This document shows, piece after piece, positions 35,552 through 38,314 of a stretch of DNA of 38,314 bases. The notes beneath the pieces were generated by a model, which was not told the origin of the DNA, made no database searches, and saw nothing but the letters and a program-made list of their open reading frames with translations. Each line of letters begins with the position of its first letter. The stretch's first letter is position 1. A program made the position numbers and the translations under genes. The stretch is from Catajapyx aquilonaris (taxonomy: Eukaryota), in NCBI GenBank assembly GCA_000934665.2, contig JYFJ02003733.1:1-38314 (forward strand). The letters run 5' to 3'.

Positions 35552-35926
35552 CTGTAACAAAAGAAACAGGTATGTTACTATCAATGATTAAATTAGCAAT
35601 GCTACAGCCAATATTACAAAGCAAACACTGCAGTGAATCTAGGGGACCTCAACCAGTCCAAGAGCTGTCATAAATCAACAACTGTCCCACTGATGGTACA
35701 AGATGATGTTCAACCTTGGTAGGCACACTGGGGGTGTTTCATGGGTCATGACAACTAACTTATCAGATCTCTTCAGATATTCTCCTACACATAAGGTGAC
35801 AAGTCTCGCAACCTAATACAGGAAAACCTGCCCAATACGGACCCTGGGTATAGCGGAAACCACGGTCTTACAAGAACACTCGCCGCCATCTTGTGTGCCA
35901 TTATTCCTTCCTGCAGCAGTGCTAAT

Positions 35927-36277
35927 TTTTAAAACAATTTATTTATTTATTTAACCCTGTGATGACCTTTATAGGTTCTATAGGGGGGTGGTACACCACC
36001 ATTTTTCCTAAATTTTCTAAGTTCATGTCACTCCGGTGCAGGGAATCAAGGAGATTGGGTAAGGATAAGGATTTTCGGGGAGGGGAGACAGGTGCAGGTG
36101 CAATGTCTCAAGTTTGGGCCATGTGCAGTCTCCCAGGAGGTTAGGTTGCGAGACACCTCCAAGGTGCAGGTCCGAGACCCTCCCGACGCAGGTGAAAGGG
36201 AACTCTCAGGCAGGGATAGAACCTGGGACCTTTCACTCAGCAAGCCGAGACGTTACCATCCGGCCACCACACCTCCC
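35927..36277 (-). mobile_element. tRNA-derived SINE, family B-related, with (TAAA)n tail
   Basis: Minus strand GGGAGGTGTGGTGGCCGGATGGTAACG head, B box GGTTCTATCCC, shared GAGACATTGCACCTGCAC motif; decayed TSD cagcagtgctaat (35914-35926) / cagtggtgctatt (36278-36290). Confidence 0.82.
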
Positions 36278-36469
36278 CAGTGGTGCTATTATATCTGCAA
36301 TGGAATCCCTCGCTGCATCATAAGTTCAGCGCCCCTTACGGCACAACTATGCACTAACACCTAGAGTGTGACCTAGAGCTAGGTGTTAGTGCATAGTTGT
36401 GCCATAAGGGGCGCTGAACTTATGATGCAGTGAGGGATTCCAGTGCAGATATATTAGCACCACTGCAGG

Positions 36470-36805
36470 GAGGCGGAGTGGTGCTGCGGTAACGTATGCG
36501 CCCACGGATGTTAAGGTCCCGGGTTCGATCCCAGCCCGGGTACAACCCCTTCATCTTGTGCAGAGTTCATTGGGTCACCTCTGGCTTCGTCTCGGGTGGT
36601 ATTTCCTACAGACTAAACCACCTGGGGGAGTTCACTAAAAATGGCCACATAAAGACATTGCACTGCACCTTGCACATCCCCTCCTGTCATCCTGCCCGTG
36701 GGCCCGGGCGTTACGTATAAAGGTTCCGATGTATGTATGAGTATAAAATAAAGGTCCGTGCTATATACCTCAGATGAGGTCAAGCACTACCTGGATTATT
36801 ATTAT
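36470..36805 (+). mobile_element. tRNA-derived SINE, family B, with (ATT)n tail
   Basis: A box TGGTGCTGCGG, B box GGTTCGATCCC, perfect flanking direct repeat tatattagcaccactgcagg at 36450-36469 and 36806-36825. Confidence 0.92.
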
Positions 36806-37861
36806 TATATTAGCACCACTGCAGGAAGGGATAACTTTGCAGCTTTTTCTATTGGCCTGGGATAGATGTGTCCCCTGGCTAGTGGAAACCTATCCATTAC
36901 GGAAATTTTTCTGCGAAAGGGGCATATGCATAAAGAATGGAATGTGTTTTTGATGGTTATTATGAAACCTGTCCAAAGTGGAAACGGAAGGAACTTTTGG
37001 CTCCCTTTGGAGAAAATCTATGTTCATTATGAAAATCATAAGGTTGAGATTATCTCTTGAGAGTCACAACTACAGCCAGGGTCACTCTCGGCCCTCCCAG
37101 GAGACCTGGGAGTAACCCTTTCTGGACCATCCAACACCTTACTGTGTCTCAGAATCGCAGGAATTGCTACCTGCCCATGGCCTTGAAGATAAGGTGAGAA
37201 AAGGGAACTATTTTTGGTTGGAAAATGGAGAGACAGCTTAAGGACACCCAAGATGATTGACTCGTGATTCGTAGGTGACCTGGCTTCAAGTTTAGTTCAC
37301 TGTTCAGTCCAGTTTTAAAATGTAAAAGGAAATGGTTGACACAGGCTCAACATATTGCCCATGTCCAGGCCGATGCTCCAATAGAGCAGGAAAAATGAAT
37401 AGCCCAAAAACTTGGTGGCAAAATTTAGTGCTTCAAATGGGTGGGTGGCTGGAAAGTTTCTGCAACAGGCACAGAATTTCGCGGAAAACACATGTGTGGT
37501 GATGTATGTGTCGTGAATCTCAAAGTAGAAAATTGGAAGAAGTGGGAAGCGATGTTCAGGGTATTCCAAGTAGGACATTTTCAACTGCATTTTTGAGATG
37601 TGCTGTACGCCAGGCAAAACAGACTATTCCACAATAATGCTACTTTATGGACTCATTTTGCACCATATTGAGGTAAGGCTGGTGCTTATTATTTTCAGCT
37701 CTCCCATTTTCCTCTGTGTCATCTGGAAAAAAAAAAAAAAGTAATGTCCTTGACCTGAATATAGCGGAAACCTATCCATTAAGGAAAATTTTTGGGGTCC
37801 ATATGATTCCCCAATCCACAGGTTTCACTTAATTTGAAGGTAATATTTACAGACCCTACAG

Positions 37862-38045
37862 CAGTGGTTCTTAACCTTTTCGGGCCTCCGCACCCCTCTG
37901 AATACAGTTGTTCCTTGTCGCACCCCCTATACCAGGGGTGATTAAGTTCATAGTTAGACTAAGACCAGAGGTGCACCTTGCCTGCACCTCAAGGGAGCCA
38001 CCTCGCACCCCCTCGAGGTGCGGTACCCCAGGTTAAGAACCGCTC
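37862..38045. mobile_element. hAT (Charlie-like) MITE (184 bp)
   Basis: TIRs CAGTGGTTCTTAACCT / AGGTTAAGAACCGCTC; 8-bp TSD ccctacag / ctctacag (7 of 8). Confidence 0.85.
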
Positions 38046-38314
38046 CTCTACAGTGTTATGGTACAGTGTAACTGCTTAATAATAAGTAGCTTAGAACCCC
38101 AACATCACTAACCACAAGATACACTTCAACTGGAACACACTGTTCTAACTAATTTCACTGCATTTCATTAGAAGCACATCCCATTTTCTCAACAACAACA
38201 ACAACAACATCACGACATTCCCTATGAGGGGTAGTCAGCGATGAAGGGAGACGCAAGCTAACCCAACATATGAACTAATAAAACTCATGAGAATAAACCT
38301 AAAAACAACCTGTC

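Larger units (their letters stand above)
35901..36834. mobile_element. Short palindromic (foldback) element, each arm interrupted by a SINE
   Basis: Outer ends TTAT(T/C)CCTTCCTGCAG / CTGCAGGAAGGGATAA; central arms 36278-36364 and 36379-36465 (87 bp, about 4 mismatches, 14-bp spacer). Confidence 0.85.
35819..37829. mobile_element. Possible decayed Tigger-like element enclosing the 35901-36834 cluster
   Basis: TA-CAGGAAAACCTG and CAGGTTTCACT ends; repeated TAG(C/T)GGAAACC motif at about 35851, 36880 and 37762; could be two separate fragments. Confidence 0.35.

Noticed and set aside
37640..37722. Minus-strand acceptor-like poly-T-CCAG as an upstream HAP40 exon
   Set aside because: Translation does not resemble HAP40 and no suitable phase-2 donor follows.

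Overview
Animal (most likely invertebrate) nuclear genomic DNA, AT-rich and dominated by short transposon-derived repeats; no prokaryotic system, CRISPR array or long intact ORF is present. The only protein-coding gene I recognise is the 3' part of a HAP40 (F8A1, huntingtin-associated protein 40) orthologue on the minus strand: a 122-bp internal exon (35551-35430) spliced in frame across an 11.3-kb GT-AG intron to the terminal coding exon (24123-23948); upstream exons lie beyond the right edge. The rest is a dense, often nested set of non-autonomous DNA transposons (Tc1/mariner/pogo-type with TA, hAT with 8-bp TSDs, Kolobok- and piggyBac-like with TTAA, long foldbacks), decayed mariner and maT/rosa-type transposase relics, and two families of tRNA-derived SINEs (one with a V-SINE-like domain). 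Most unusual observations: (i) two different SINE variants inserted at the mirror-image position of both arms of one palindrome (35901-36834); (ii) a spacer-less palindrome made from a mariner transposase 3' end, folded at the SDYHLF motif (20063-20655); (iii) SINE families with shared heads but different 3' tails; (iv) a hAT element with a perfect 8-bp TSD splitting a CpG-rich candidate promoter that may drive an unannotated minus-strand transcript. All alignments were done by eye; family assignments need database confirmation.
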